A stretch of DNA of 64,000 nucleotides from Acidimicrobiales bacterium (GTDB lineage Bacteria; Actinomycetota; Acidimicrobiia; Acidimicrobiales; Bin134): contig OY760141.1 of NCBI GenBank assembly GCA_963663255.1, positions 2,253,103 through 2,317,102 of the forward strand, given 5' to 3'. The position numbers were made by a program, and so were the translations under genes. Below, one piece after another: positions 38,490 to 47,280 of this stretch. How positions within the stretch are numbered: the stretch's first letter is position 1; each line of letters opens with the position of its first letter. The notes under the pieces are model-generated. The model had not been told where the DNA came from. It saw only the letters and a list, made by a program, of their open reading frames with translations, and did not search any database.

Positions 38490-40418
38490 TCAGCCGTCTT
38501 CTTGTGCTTCTTGTGGCCGGGTGATGAGGCTGACGCACGTCCCAAAGTCCACGATGGCTTCGGCAAGCGGGTTGGTGGCCAAGATCTCGGCGTCGGGGGG
38601 ACCCACGATTTCGCCCTGGCATAGGCCAGTTTCCTCAAGGATGTCAGTAGCTTCCTCCACGTTGAGGGTGGCCAAGAAGGGAACCCTTACTTGCTCAGGG
38701 CCGTCGGAGACCACGACCGTGATCACCGAGTTGGCGGCCACCTCTGTTCCCGGCAGAGGCTCCACCCTCACTACGTGGCCTGCTTCCACCTGATTGTCCA
38801 CCACCCGCCACTCGAGCGCCTCCAACCCGGCTTCTTCCAGCTGCTCAAGGGTTGCGGCCAGCGACGTGCCCCTATCGATTCCGGGCACCAGCCGAGGTGC
38901 TGGTCCGAGAGACACCACCAAGTCCACACGGCTCCTCTGCTCGAGCTGGGGGAGCATCTCGTCTACTTCGATGACAACCCCCTGTAGCACCTCCTCGTCG
39001 AAGCGCTCGGTGATCACACCGGCCGACAGCCCCACCGCAGATAGAGCAATCTCGGCGTCCTCAACCGCCAGTCCGACCAGGTTGCCGGGAATGGGCACCA
39101 AATCAGGGCCCAAGGAAATCCAAACCATGATCGTCTCGCCCCGCTCCAGTCCAGTGCCCGGCTGGGGCGCCTGGCGCAGTATTTCGCCCGCCACGGTGCC
39201 GTCTTGACGCAGCTCCATGCGATCTACCACCCAACCGAACTCACTCCCGATGCGAAGCAGGTCGACGTCGGTGGCGCCGACCAGATCAGGCACCGGTTGG
39301 GTCTCGTCACCGAACCAGTTGTCCCACAGCTGGTAGCCCCCGAATCCCACGGCCCCAAGCAGCACGAGCGCTACCACCACGGCCAGCAGACTTCGAGCCG
39401 CCGAACGGCCTTTGGCCGTAGGCACAGCCTCCTCCGGTTGCATGACGGGTACAGTCGCCGCTGCGGATTCGCCGGTATCAGGAATCTCCGGCCCCGGCTT
39501 TGTCAGGGGAAGCGGGGTCGGTCGCGACAGTGTTTCTGCCGCCGCCAACAACCCAAGGCCTAGATCGCGAGCCGTGGGACGGTCATCCCGTTCTGGTCGT
39601 CCAGCTTGCTCCAGCACCCGGCCCAGACGGTGGAATTGGCCGGCGAGATCGAGTTGTCTGCTCATCTTGGCCATCTGGGTGTACTCGGGGTCGTCAGACT
39701 CGAATGGCACTCGGCCCGACAGAGCCTCGGTTAGCACGAGGACGAGGGAATAGACGTCGCTTTTGTGGTCGGCTGTCAGGCCCTGGGCCTGCTCGGGCGA
39801 GGCGTAGCGCGCCGCGTCGACCGCTGAGAAGACCGACCTGGCCGTCAGCGCTCCCTCAGTCTCGGACGAACTCAAGGCCCAAGATGTGCCTAGATCTGCC
39901 AGTCGGGCTCGGCCGCGGCGTGAGAACAAGATATTGGAGGGCCGGATGTCTCCATGGATGATGTCCTGACCGTGGATGTGCTCCAAACCGCGGGTTATGT
40001 CCAAGCCGACCATGAGAACCTGCGACGGAGACAGCAGGTGACCGGCATCCATCATCCCTTGCAAACTCCCGCCCTCCGTGTAGTCGCTCACTACGTAGAG
40101 GCCGAGGTCGGAGTCTCCCCAGCTATGAACGGCCACCAAGTGGGGGTGGCTTACTGCGGCCGCTTTTCCCGCAGCGTCCAGGAATCGGCTGGCAAAGCCG
40201 GCCCACCCGTCGGGCAGGAGATCCTCGGAAACCAGCTTGACCGCCACCCTCCGTGACGAGGCCAGGTCGTAGGCCATGTAGACGTCGGTGAACCGTCCCG
40301 CGCCGATGCGGGTCACGAGCCGGAAGCGTCCAGCCAAGACTCGGCCAATCACCTCGGTCTCGCCGCTGCCTTGGGACACGCAATGAGGGTACTTGCTGTT
40401 TTGAGTTTTCCGCGCCAC
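38490..40418 (-). CDS. Ser/Thr protein kinase with TM segment and four C-terminal PASTA repeats (PknB-like)
   Basis: Kinase subdomains (IGAGRFTDVY, VAVK, HGDIRPSN, DLG, SPEQ), a TM helix (LLAVVVALVLLGAVGFGGY), then repeated VPxLVG...G PASTA units. The GTG start is uncertain. Confidence 0.9.
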   Translation of the reverse strand: MARKTQNSKYPHCVSQGSGETEVIGRVLAGRFRLVTRIGAGRFTDVYMAYDLASSRRVAVKLVSEDLLPDGWAGFASRFLDAAGKAAAVSHPHLVAVHSWGDSDLGLYVVSDYTEGGSLQGMMDAGHLLSPSQVLMVGLDITRGLEHIHGQDIIHGDIRPSNILFSRRGRARLADLGTSWALSSSETEGALTARSVFSAVDAARYASPEQAQGLTADHKSDVYSLVLVLTEALSGRVPFESDDPEYTQMAKMSRQLDLAGQFHRLGRVLEQAGRPERDDRPTARDLGLGLLAAAETLSRPTPLPLTKPGPEIPDTGESAAATVPVMQPEEAVPTAKGRSAARSLLAVVVALVLLGAVGFGGYQLWDNWFGDETQPVPDLVGATDVDLLRIGSEFGWVVDRMELRQDGTVAGEILRQAPQPGTGLERGETIMVWISLGPDLVPIPGNLVGLAVEDAEIALSAVGLSAGVITERFDEEVLQGVVIEVDEMLPQLEQRSRVDLVVSLGPAPRLVPGIDRGTSLAATLEQLEEAGLEALEWRVVDNQVEAGHVVRVEPLPGTEVAANSVITVVVSDGPEQVRVPFLATLNVEEATDILEETGLCQGEIVGPPDAEILATNPLAEAIVDFGTCVSLITRPQEAQEDG

Positions 40419-40423
40419 TCAGG

Positions 40424-40879
40424 GTGTCTCCGGCCTCGGTCAGCGGGCACACTGGAAGAGTGCTGGAGTCGGTAATTCTGCGGCGGGTATTACTGGGTGC
40501 CGCGGCCCTGATGGGCACGGTAGCCATCCTGCTGGCCTTGTTGCTGGCCGACACCGACGACAACGATGTGAGCGTTACCGGCAACGCCGTGGTGGACGAG
40601 CTCATCCCCCCTCGCAACGCCGAGGTCCTCGCCCAAGAAACCGTCGGCATCGACCTGGCCATCGGCTATGACGCCCGCCTGGTTGTCAACGGAGTGGCCA
40701 TCCCTCGGGAGCAGATACGCCATCTGCCCAATCTCAACCGCTTCACATTCCGACCCGGTCAAGACAAGGCGATCGAGAGACTCCAAGCCGAGCAGAACTG
40801 CGTACAGGCGACCTATTGGCGCCAAGAGGTCGGCCCCGACGACGCCGACACCATCTCCTGGTGCTTCACGGCCTCCTAG
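40424..40879 (+). CDS. Hypothetical membrane-anchored protein
   Basis: One TM helix (LLGAAALMGTVAILLALLLA). Divergent from the kinase. No family recognised, and the start is uncertain. Confidence 0.4.
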   Translation: MSPASVSGHTGRVLESVILRRVLLGAAALMGTVAILLALLLADTDDNDVSVTGNAVVDELIPPRNAEVLAQETVGIDLAIGYDARLVVNGVAIPREQIRHLPNLNRFTFRPGQDKAIERLQAEQNCVQATYWRQEVGPDDADTISWCFTAS

Positions 40880-41403
40880 TCGGCCAAACCTACTGTCGGG
40901 CCCCGTCCATCGAGGGACCGAAGGGAGGCCTCCAGCTTGCGCAAGTAGCCGGCGAACTCGTCAGGCTCTCCGGCCTGCAACCACTCCAACCGGTCTCGCT
41001 CCCGTTCCAGGTGCTCGCCCATCAGCCGGTCGATCAGATTTCTACCCTCGGGGCTGAGCTGGGCCATCATGACCCGGCGGTCATCGGGATCGGGCACGCG
41101 GAGCACCAGATTGAGCTTCTCCAGCTGGTCCAATCGCCCGGTCATGCCTCCCGAAGTGAGCATTGTCATGGCAGCCAGGTCGCTTGGCATCGCCTGGAAG
41201 GGCTCTCCGTTTCGCCGCAACGCGGCCAGCACATCAAACAAGCCCAGGGTGAGGCCGTGGGGGCGGAGGAACTCGGCCATGGACTGCTCGAATAAACGGT
41301 CGATGCGGGAGATCCGCCCAAAAATCCCGATGGGAGAAGCGTCCAAGTCGGGGCGTTCGCTGGCCCACTGCTCCAAGATCGAGTCCACGCGGTCAAACGT
41401 CAC
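40876..41403 (-). CDS. MarR family transcriptional regulator
   Basis: Winged-helix MarR pattern (LTLGLFDVLAALRRNGEPF...GMTGRLDQLEKLNLVLRVPDPDDRR). Confidence 0.85.
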   Translation of the reverse strand: MTFDRVDSILEQWASERPDLDASPIGIFGRISRIDRLFEQSMAEFLRPHGLTLGLFDVLAALRRNGEPFQAMPSDLAAMTMLTSGGMTGRLDQLEKLNLVLRVPDPDDRRVMMAQLSPEGRNLIDRLMGEHLERERDRLEWLQAGEPDEFAGYLRKLEASLRSLDGRGPTVGLAD

Positions 41404-42641
41404 GACAACTCCCCTAACACCGCCCCAGCGGTGTCTACCACTCGGTCTACGTCGGCAGTGGTGAACGTGAACGGCGGGTAGATTCCCAAGTGGTCGGCTT
41501 GGGCTCGCACCAACACCCCGGCCGACTGTATGCGCCGCTGGGCTTCGGCTACCAAGGGTGCCGGGCTGTCGCCGGCCAGCTCTACCGCGGCCAGCATCCC
41601 CTCTCCCCGTACCTCGGCCACCACCGGCAAAGAGCCCAGCGTGCCGATTCGCTCCTGAAGATACCGACCGGTCAGGCGGCTGTGGTCAATCAGTCCCTCC
41701 CGCTCGATGATTTCGATCACCTTCAGCCCGGCGACACAGGCCGCGGGGTGCCCGCTATAGGTGTAGCCGTGCATCAGCTCGATAGAGCCTTCGGAGTCGA
41801 CGAACACATCGTGGACTCGATTGCCGGCAATCGCCGCGCCCATGGGAACGTAGGCCGAGGTCAGTCCTTTTGCTGCGGTCATGATGTCGGGAACCACCCC
41901 ATAGCGGTGGCCGCCGAACCAGTGGCCCAGCCGTCCGAATCCGCAAACCACCTCGTCCAGCACCAGAAGTACATCTTGGCGGTCGCACATCGCCCTGACT
42001 TGGCGCAAATAGTCCTCCGGGGGCGGGTAGACGCCTCCGGCGGCCTGCACGGGCTCCATGATTACGGCGGCGATTGTGCTCGGATCCCGGTAGGCCAGCT
42101 CCCGCTCAAGGGCGTCGATGTCGTGGGCCGGAACCTGGGTGCAGCCTTCCAGCAGAGGGCCGAACCCCGCCCGGTTCTCGGTGAGGCCACCCACCGATAT
42201 CCCACCGAAGTTCATGCCGTGGTAGCCCCGGTGCAGCGACACGAATCCGGTCTTGGACCCCTGGTCGACCCGGCGCCAGTACCCTCGGGCCATCTTCATG
42301 GCCGTCTCCACCGCCTCTGAGCCGGAGTTGGTGAAGAAGACGTGGTTCAGATCGCCCGGTGTGCGGTCGGCGACAGCCTCGGCCAGTTCCCGGGCCCGAG
42401 GATGGCTGTACCCGAAGAGGCAGTGGTACTCCAGTGTGCGGAGCTGCTCGGCCACCGCATCGGCGATCTCGGTTCGGCCGTGTCCCAAGATCACACAGGC
42501 CACTCCTCCGGCGGTAGCGTCGAGCAGCCTGATTCCATCGTCGGTCGTCACGTAGTTGCCGTCCCCGGCCATTACCACCGGGGGCCGGCTTCCGCCCGCC
42601 GAGGTGAACGGCATCCACAGGGCACCGGTTGCGCCGCTCAC
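41400..42641 (-). CDS. Class III (omega-type) PLP aminotransferase
   Basis: FFTNSGSEAVETAMK, LVLDEVVCGFGRLG, and PLP Lys in DIMTAAKGLTS. Confidence 0.9.
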   Translation of the reverse strand: MSGATGALWMPFTSAGGSRPPVVMAGDGNYVTTDDGIRLLDATAGGVACVILGHGRTEIADAVAEQLRTLEYHCLFGYSHPRARELAEAVADRTPGDLNHVFFTNSGSEAVETAMKMARGYWRRVDQGSKTGFVSLHRGYHGMNFGGISVGGLTENRAGFGPLLEGCTQVPAHDIDALERELAYRDPSTIAAVIMEPVQAAGGVYPPPEDYLRQVRAMCDRQDVLLVLDEVVCGFGRLGHWFGGHRYGVVPDIMTAAKGLTSAYVPMGAAIAGNRVHDVFVDSEGSIELMHGYTYSGHPAACVAGLKVIEIIEREGLIDHSRLTGRYLQERIGTLGSLPVVAEVRGEGMLAAVELAGDSPAPLVAEAQRRIQSAGVLVRAQADHLGIYPPFTFTTADVDRVVDTAGAVLGELS

Positions 42642-43447
42642 AATCCGCTCCGAGAATTCCGCCAGGCCAGCAGGGATTCCAGCTCATCGATCTGGTAGTC
42701 GGGGCCCGACCGGACCAGGATGAGGTGCTCGGCCCCGGCGGCTGCGTAGTCGTCGTAGGTCGCATCGCTAGCGGTTTCAAATAGCGCTACCGTCCTCTCC
42801 ACTTGAGACGGATCGCGCTCGGCCCGCTCGCACCAGGCGTCCAGCACTTTGTTGAGGTGGGCGATCTCGTCTGGGGTGCCCCAGCCATTCCAGGCGTCGG
42901 CCAGCCGGGCGCACACGTCCAAGGTCATCCGCTCCCCCATCCCGCCGACCAATATGGGCAGCGGGCCTGCCGGTCCAGGACGGAGTTGTCCCAATCGACG
43001 GCGGATGCGGTGGATGGCGACCTCCATCTCCCGTATTCGATCGGCATCGCCCGACATGGCATACCCATAGGAGTGGTAGTCACGCTCCAGCCAGCCCGAT
43101 CCCAGGCCGAGCACCACCCGGCCCCCCGATGCGTGGTCCACGGTGCGAGCCATGTCGGCCAGCAGATCGGGGTTGCGGAACCCCGTACAGGTGACCAGCG
43201 GGCCGATCAGGGCTGTCTTGGTGACCGACGCCATGGCGGCCAGCGTGGTCCAGCATTCAAAGGCGGAGCCCTCGGGATCGCCGTCAATGGGAAAGAAGTG
43301 GTCAAAGGTCCAGATGCTGTCGGCTCCGGCCCCATCGGCGTACTGCCAGGCGGCCACCATGTCGCTCCAGCTCACATGGTTTGGTCGAATCTGGACGCCC
43401 ACCCGCGGCACCATCTCAGGCCCCTTCATGGCCATCTGTCCCTTCAT
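42638..43447 (-). CDS. LLM-class (luciferase-like) probable F420-dependent oxidoreductase
   Basis: Luciferase-like TIM-barrel pattern (GADSIWTFDHF..., GRVVLGLGSGW). The exact start among several Met residues is uncertain. Confidence 0.75.
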   Translation of the reverse strand: MKGQMAMKGPEMVPRVGVQIRPNHVSWSDMVAAWQYADGAGADSIWTFDHFFPIDGDPEGSAFECWTTLAAMASVTKTALIGPLVTCTGFRNPDLLADMARTVDHASGGRVVLGLGSGWLERDYHSYGYAMSGDADRIREMEVAIHRIRRRLGQLRPGPAGPLPILVGGMGERMTLDVCARLADAWNGWGTPDEIAHLNKVLDAWCERAERDPSQVERTVALFETASDATYDDYAAAGAEHLILVRSGPDYQIDELESLLAWRNSRSGL

Positions 43448-44249
43448 GAGATGCGGTCAGACCGGTGATGAGCGACACCAGCTTCTGGGCGTCGGTGCTG
43501 TGGGCGTCTAGCAGTTCGATGAGCTGGCCTCGGCGCATGACCGCGATCCGGTCGGCGAGCCGGAACACCTGGTCGAGGTTGTGGCTCACCACGACGATGG
43601 TCAGCTTGCGCTCGCGCAGCGTGGTGATGAGGTCTTCCACCCGGGCCGTCTCGGCGATGCCCAGCGCCGCGGTGGGCTCGTCCATGATGATCACCTCATT
43701 GCCCCAGTTCATGGCCCGGGCGATGGCCACGCCTTGGCGCTGGCCTCCAGAGAAATGCTGGACCGGGATGCGGACCGATGGGATCTTGATATTGAGACGC
43801 TGAATGATCTGCTCGGTTTCACGCCGCATAGCCCGTTGGCGCAGGAATGTGAACGGTCCCCATCCCACTTTGAGCTCTCGCCCCATGAACAGGTTCTGGG
43901 CGGCATCAAGGTTGTCGGCTAGCGCCAAGTCTTGATACACGGTTTCGATTCCGGCCAAACGGGCGTCTTCAGGGGATCGGAACCGACGGACCTCATCGTG
44001 CAGCACCACCCTTCCGGCATCGGGCTGCTCTGCTCCGGAAATGACCTTCAGCAGTGTGCTCTTGCCAGCCCCGTTGTCGCCCACGATGGCGGTGAGGGTG
44101 CCGGTGGGAAAGTCCAGCGATACGTCTCGGAGAGCGACTACTCCGCCGTATCGCTTGTGAACCCCCGACACGCTCAGCGCGACGTTTGATGACTCGGGCC
44201 CTCCAGAGCGAGGGGCGTCGATGACTGATCCGGATTGACTGGCGGTCAT
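43416..44249 (-). CDS. ABC transporter ATP-binding protein (single NBD, sugar/CUT2-like)
   Basis: Walker A GDNGAGKST, signature FSGGQRQ and Walker B IIMDEPTAAL. Confidence 0.9.
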   Translation of the reverse strand: MTASQSGSVIDAPRSGGPESSNVALSVSGVHKRYGGVVALRDVSLDFPTGTLTAIVGDNGAGKSTLLKVISGAEQPDAGRVVLHDEVRRFRSPEDARLAGIETVYQDLALADNLDAAQNLFMGRELKVGWGPFTFLRQRAMRRETEQIIQRLNIKIPSVRIPVQHFSGGQRQGVAIARAMNWGNEVIIMDEPTAALGIAETARVEDLITTLRERKLTIVVVSHNLDQVFRLADRIAVMRRGQLIELLDAHSTDAQKLVSLITGLTASHEGTDGHEGA

Positions 44250-46567
44250 GTTTTCGCTCCGTGCAGTTGTTCGAATAGATAGTCAGGCGATACCGGTACT
44301 CGGTTCACCTCGACGCCCAGTCCGGCCAGGGCGTCTTCGATGGCGTTGGCCACCGCGGCCGGGGGCGAGATTGCCCCTGCTTCCCCCACGCCCTTGATGC
44401 CCAGCGGGTTGAGGGGCGACGGCGTCTCCAGATGGGCAACGGCCAACTCGGGCACCCCAGCCGCGTCGGGCACCAGATAGTCGGCCAGACTCGGATTCAG
44501 GGGCTGTCCCTCGGCGTTGTATACCGCCTGCTCAAACAACGCGGCCCCGATCCCTTGAGCCACACCACCAGTGATTTGGCCGTCCACGATCATCGTTGAC
44601 AGCAGCGGCCCGCAGTCATGGGCCACCGCATAGTCCAGAATCTCGACCGCGCCGGTGTTCGGATCAACCGCGACTCGGGCCACGTGCACGCCGGCGGCAA
44701 AGGTGACTGTCGGCGGCTCGAAGCAGACCATTTCCTCCAAACCGGCGCGGCTGCCGTTGGCCAACACCCCCCCGGGGGCGAAGCCGGCGGCCACCTCGGA
44801 CAATTCCATGCGGCGAGTGGGGGTTCCCACCACCTCCACGGTGCCGTTGCGGATGCACAGGTCAGCCGGGGCCACCTCCCACTGCCCGGCCACCGCATCC
44901 ACAATCCGGTTGCGCAGCACCGTGGCGGCTTGGTGGATGGCGCTGCCGGCCACCACCGCGCTGCGGCTGGCCAGCGTGCCCCAGCCGAATTCGACCGCCG
45001 CGGTGTCACCTCCGATCACCGTCACCCGTGCGGGGTCGGCCCCGAGCGCCTGTGCGCATACATCGGCAAACACCGTCTCATGGCCCTGGCCCTGAGAGCA
45101 GGCGCCGGTAGCCACTTCCACCCAACCGGTCTCGTCTACCCGCACTCGGGCGCTCTCAAACGGGCCAACCCCCGTGCCTTCCACATAGGAGGACACTCCA
45201 ACGCCCACCAGCCGGCCGGCTTGGTCCCGGGCCCCTCCCCGGAGCCCTTCGGAAATGTCGCTCATGGCAATGGCCGTCTCGAAGCAACCGGAGAAATCGC
45301 CGCTGTCGTAGGTCATGGCAGTGCCATCCCGGTAGTTGAGCCCGACGGAATAGGGCATCTCTTCGGCGGAAATGAGGTTGCGGCGGCGAAGTTCCACCGG
45401 ATCGATTCCCATCTCTCGGGCGGCCACGTCAAGGATGCGGTCCATAGCGAAGACCGCCTCGGGCCGGCCCGCCCCCCGATAGGGCGAGTTCGGGGCCTTG
45501 TTGGTCACCACCGCGGTGGCCTCCACATCCAGCGCCGGTACCCGATAGCACCCGCAAAGGTGGGCCAGCGTGTTGTAGGGCTGGACAACGCCAAGAGGGT
45601 TGGCTGCCCCGCTGTCCATTACGAAGCGGTCGCGAACTCCCAGGATTCGGGCGTCGCCGTCAAGGGCCAGTTCGATGTCGTGGATCTGGTCGCGGGACTG
45701 AATTGCGGCTAGGCCGTGCTCGCTCCGCTCCTCCACCCATTTGAGCGCCACGCCCAGTTCCAGTGCGAGAAAGGCCAAAATCATCTCCTCGGCGTAGGGA
45801 ATGGCCTTGACCCCGAAGCCGCCGCCCACATCGGGGGCTACCACCCTGATCCGGTGGGACGGGTGCCCTAGGGCCTTGGCCAACGCGGTGCGCAGCGGAT
45901 GGGGAATCTGCGTGCTGCTCCATACCGTGAGCAGATCGGTGCGGGGATCGTGCTGGGCCACGACGCCCCTCGGCTCCATGGGGTGACAAGCCAGCCTTCC
46001 CGAGTGCAGTCGGCGGCGACTCACGTGGGCCGCGTCGGCAAAGGCGGCGGCAATGTCGCCGAAACCGGCGGCAACGAACAGCGACCGGTTGTCGGGCCAG
46101 TGGTCGTACAGACGGGGAGCGTCGTCGGCCAGTGCGGCAAAGGGGTCGACCACCGCCGGGCGGCTTTCCAGGTCGAGGCCCACCCGATCGGCCGCATCCG
46201 CCGCGCCGTAGGGAGTGTCGGCGACGACTACGGCAATGGGGTCGCCCACATGGCGCACCCGGTCTACTGCCAACAGAGGCCGCCCCTCATGACGCACGAA
46301 CAGCCGGTCGTCACCTAGAGATTCCAGCAATTTGTCCTGGTAGACGCCGCCGTCGGCTTCATTGGGCGCCATGGTGTCGATCCGCCCGATCAGGTCTTGG
46401 CCGGTCCAGCCGACAACGCCGGGGGGCAGTTCCACCCCGATTACATCGGCGTGGGCCACCGGACTGCGCACAAACGCGGCGTATCGCATCGACGGCTGCT
46501 CGATGTCGGCCACGTAGCGTCCGCGCCCCCGCAGAAGCCGGGGATCCTCGCGCCGCAGTTGTTTCAT
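44246..46567 (-). CDS. Xanthine dehydrogenase / aldehyde oxidase family molybdopterin-binding subunit (CoxL-like)
   Basis: N-terminus REDPRLLRGRGRYVADI and typical a/b-hammerhead and MoCo-binding domain length (773 aa). ATG 46567 overlaps the upstream stop (ATGA), and the listed 885-aa form is an Arg/Gly-rich extension. Confidence 0.85.
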   Translation of the reverse strand: MKQLRREDPRLLRGRGRYVADIEQPSMRYAAFVRSPVAHADVIGVELPPGVVGWTGQDLIGRIDTMAPNEADGGVYQDKLLESLGDDRLFVRHEGRPLLAVDRVRHVGDPIAVVVADTPYGAADAADRVGLDLESRPAVVDPFAALADDAPRLYDHWPDNRSLFVAAGFGDIAAAFADAAHVSRRRLHSGRLACHPMEPRGVVAQHDPRTDLLTVWSSTQIPHPLRTALAKALGHPSHRIRVVAPDVGGGFGVKAIPYAEEMILAFLALELGVALKWVEERSEHGLAAIQSRDQIHDIELALDGDARILGVRDRFVMDSGAANPLGVVQPYNTLAHLCGCYRVPALDVEATAVVTNKAPNSPYRGAGRPEAVFAMDRILDVAAREMGIDPVELRRRNLISAEEMPYSVGLNYRDGTAMTYDSGDFSGCFETAIAMSDISEGLRGGARDQAGRLVGVGVSSYVEGTGVGPFESARVRVDETGWVEVATGACSQGQGHETVFADVCAQALGADPARVTVIGGDTAAVEFGWGTLASRSAVVAGSAIHQAATVLRNRIVDAVAGQWEVAPADLCIRNGTVEVVGTPTRRMELSEVAAGFAPGGVLANGSRAGLEEMVCFEPPTVTFAAGVHVARVAVDPNTGAVEILDYAVAHDCGPLLSTMIVDGQITGGVAQGIGAALFEQAVYNAEGQPLNPSLADYLVPDAAGVPELAVAHLETPSPLNPLGIKGVGEAGAISPPAAVANAIEDALAGLGVEVNRVPVSPDYLFEQLHGAKT

Positions 46568-47280
46568 CGGGCCGTTTCCATGGCCCAATAGTCCCACTGG
46601 GTGTGGGTGTACTCCTCTAGCGTGAGGCCGTCGGTCAACAGATCGTCGGTGAGCTCGTTTCGATCGATGGCCTCCACCGATCCGATGCCCTGGGCCATGA
46701 TCTGCAATCGGGCCGAGCGCTCGAGGTTGACTGCGCTCACCGTGGCCTCCTCGATAGACGAGCCCACCACGGTTAGGCCATGGCCCTTCAACAGCACGCC
46801 TTTGCAGTCGCCCAAGGCCGCGGCCACCTCCCGGCCGCGGTCGGGGTTGTCGATCTGCACGGCGGAGTCGTAAACCGGCACGCCGTCGGCAAACAGGGTG
46901 CACAGGTGCCAGACCGGAGCCAGGGGAACATCGGTCATCGAAAACGCGATGCAGTGCATGGGGTGGGCGTGGATCACTGCGACCACGTCGGGTCGGGCCC
47001 GGTATATCTCGGTGTGCATGAAGCGCTCGCCGGGGGCGTCCATGGATCCTTCGACCATCCCGCCGTCCAAGTCCATCACTACGACGTCGCCTGGCTCGGT
47101 CTCGGCAAGGTCCTTCACGTCATCGTGGGTGTGGCCCAGCACCGCCACCAAGTCGGTGCCGGGAATCCGGGCCGAGGGGTGGCCGAAGGGCCCGATCAGC
47201 CGCTCTCGGACCAGAATCCGAGTCGAGGTGGCGATCTTGTCTTTAAGGGACGAAATGGCCTCGGCCGGTTGGCTGCTCAT
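46564..47280 (-). CDS. Class II aldolase/adducin family protein
   Basis: HTEIYRARPDVVAVIHAHP metal-binding motif. ATG 47280 overlaps the ALDH stop. Confidence 0.8.
   Translation of the reverse strand: MSSQPAEAISSLKDKIATSTRILVRERLIGPFGHPSARIPGTDLVAVLGHTHDDVKDLAETEPGDVVVMDLDGGMVEGSMDAPGERFMHTEIYRARPDVVAVIHAHPMHCIAFSMTDVPLAPVWHLCTLFADGVPVYDSAVQIDNPDRGREVAAALGDCKGVLLKGHGLTVVGSSIEEATVSAVNLERSARLQIMAQGIGSVEAIDRNELTDDLLTDGLTLEEYTHTQWDYWAMETAR

Noticed and set aside
44618-45712. 364-aa plus-strand ORF.
   Set aside because: It is antisense to the CoxL-like gene and has a low-complexity composition.
46568-46903. N-terminal extensions of the listed ORFs. Examples are 885 vs 773 aa here, and also 30702-31055, 34801-34947, 47281-47553, 49844-50098, 19701-19784, 37990-38271 and 33548-33673.
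   Set aside because: The extensions are Arg/Pro/Gly-rich, overlap neighbouring genes, and precede internal ATG codons. Those ATGs give ATGA/GTGA coupling or a good RBS and start at the conserved family N-terminus.
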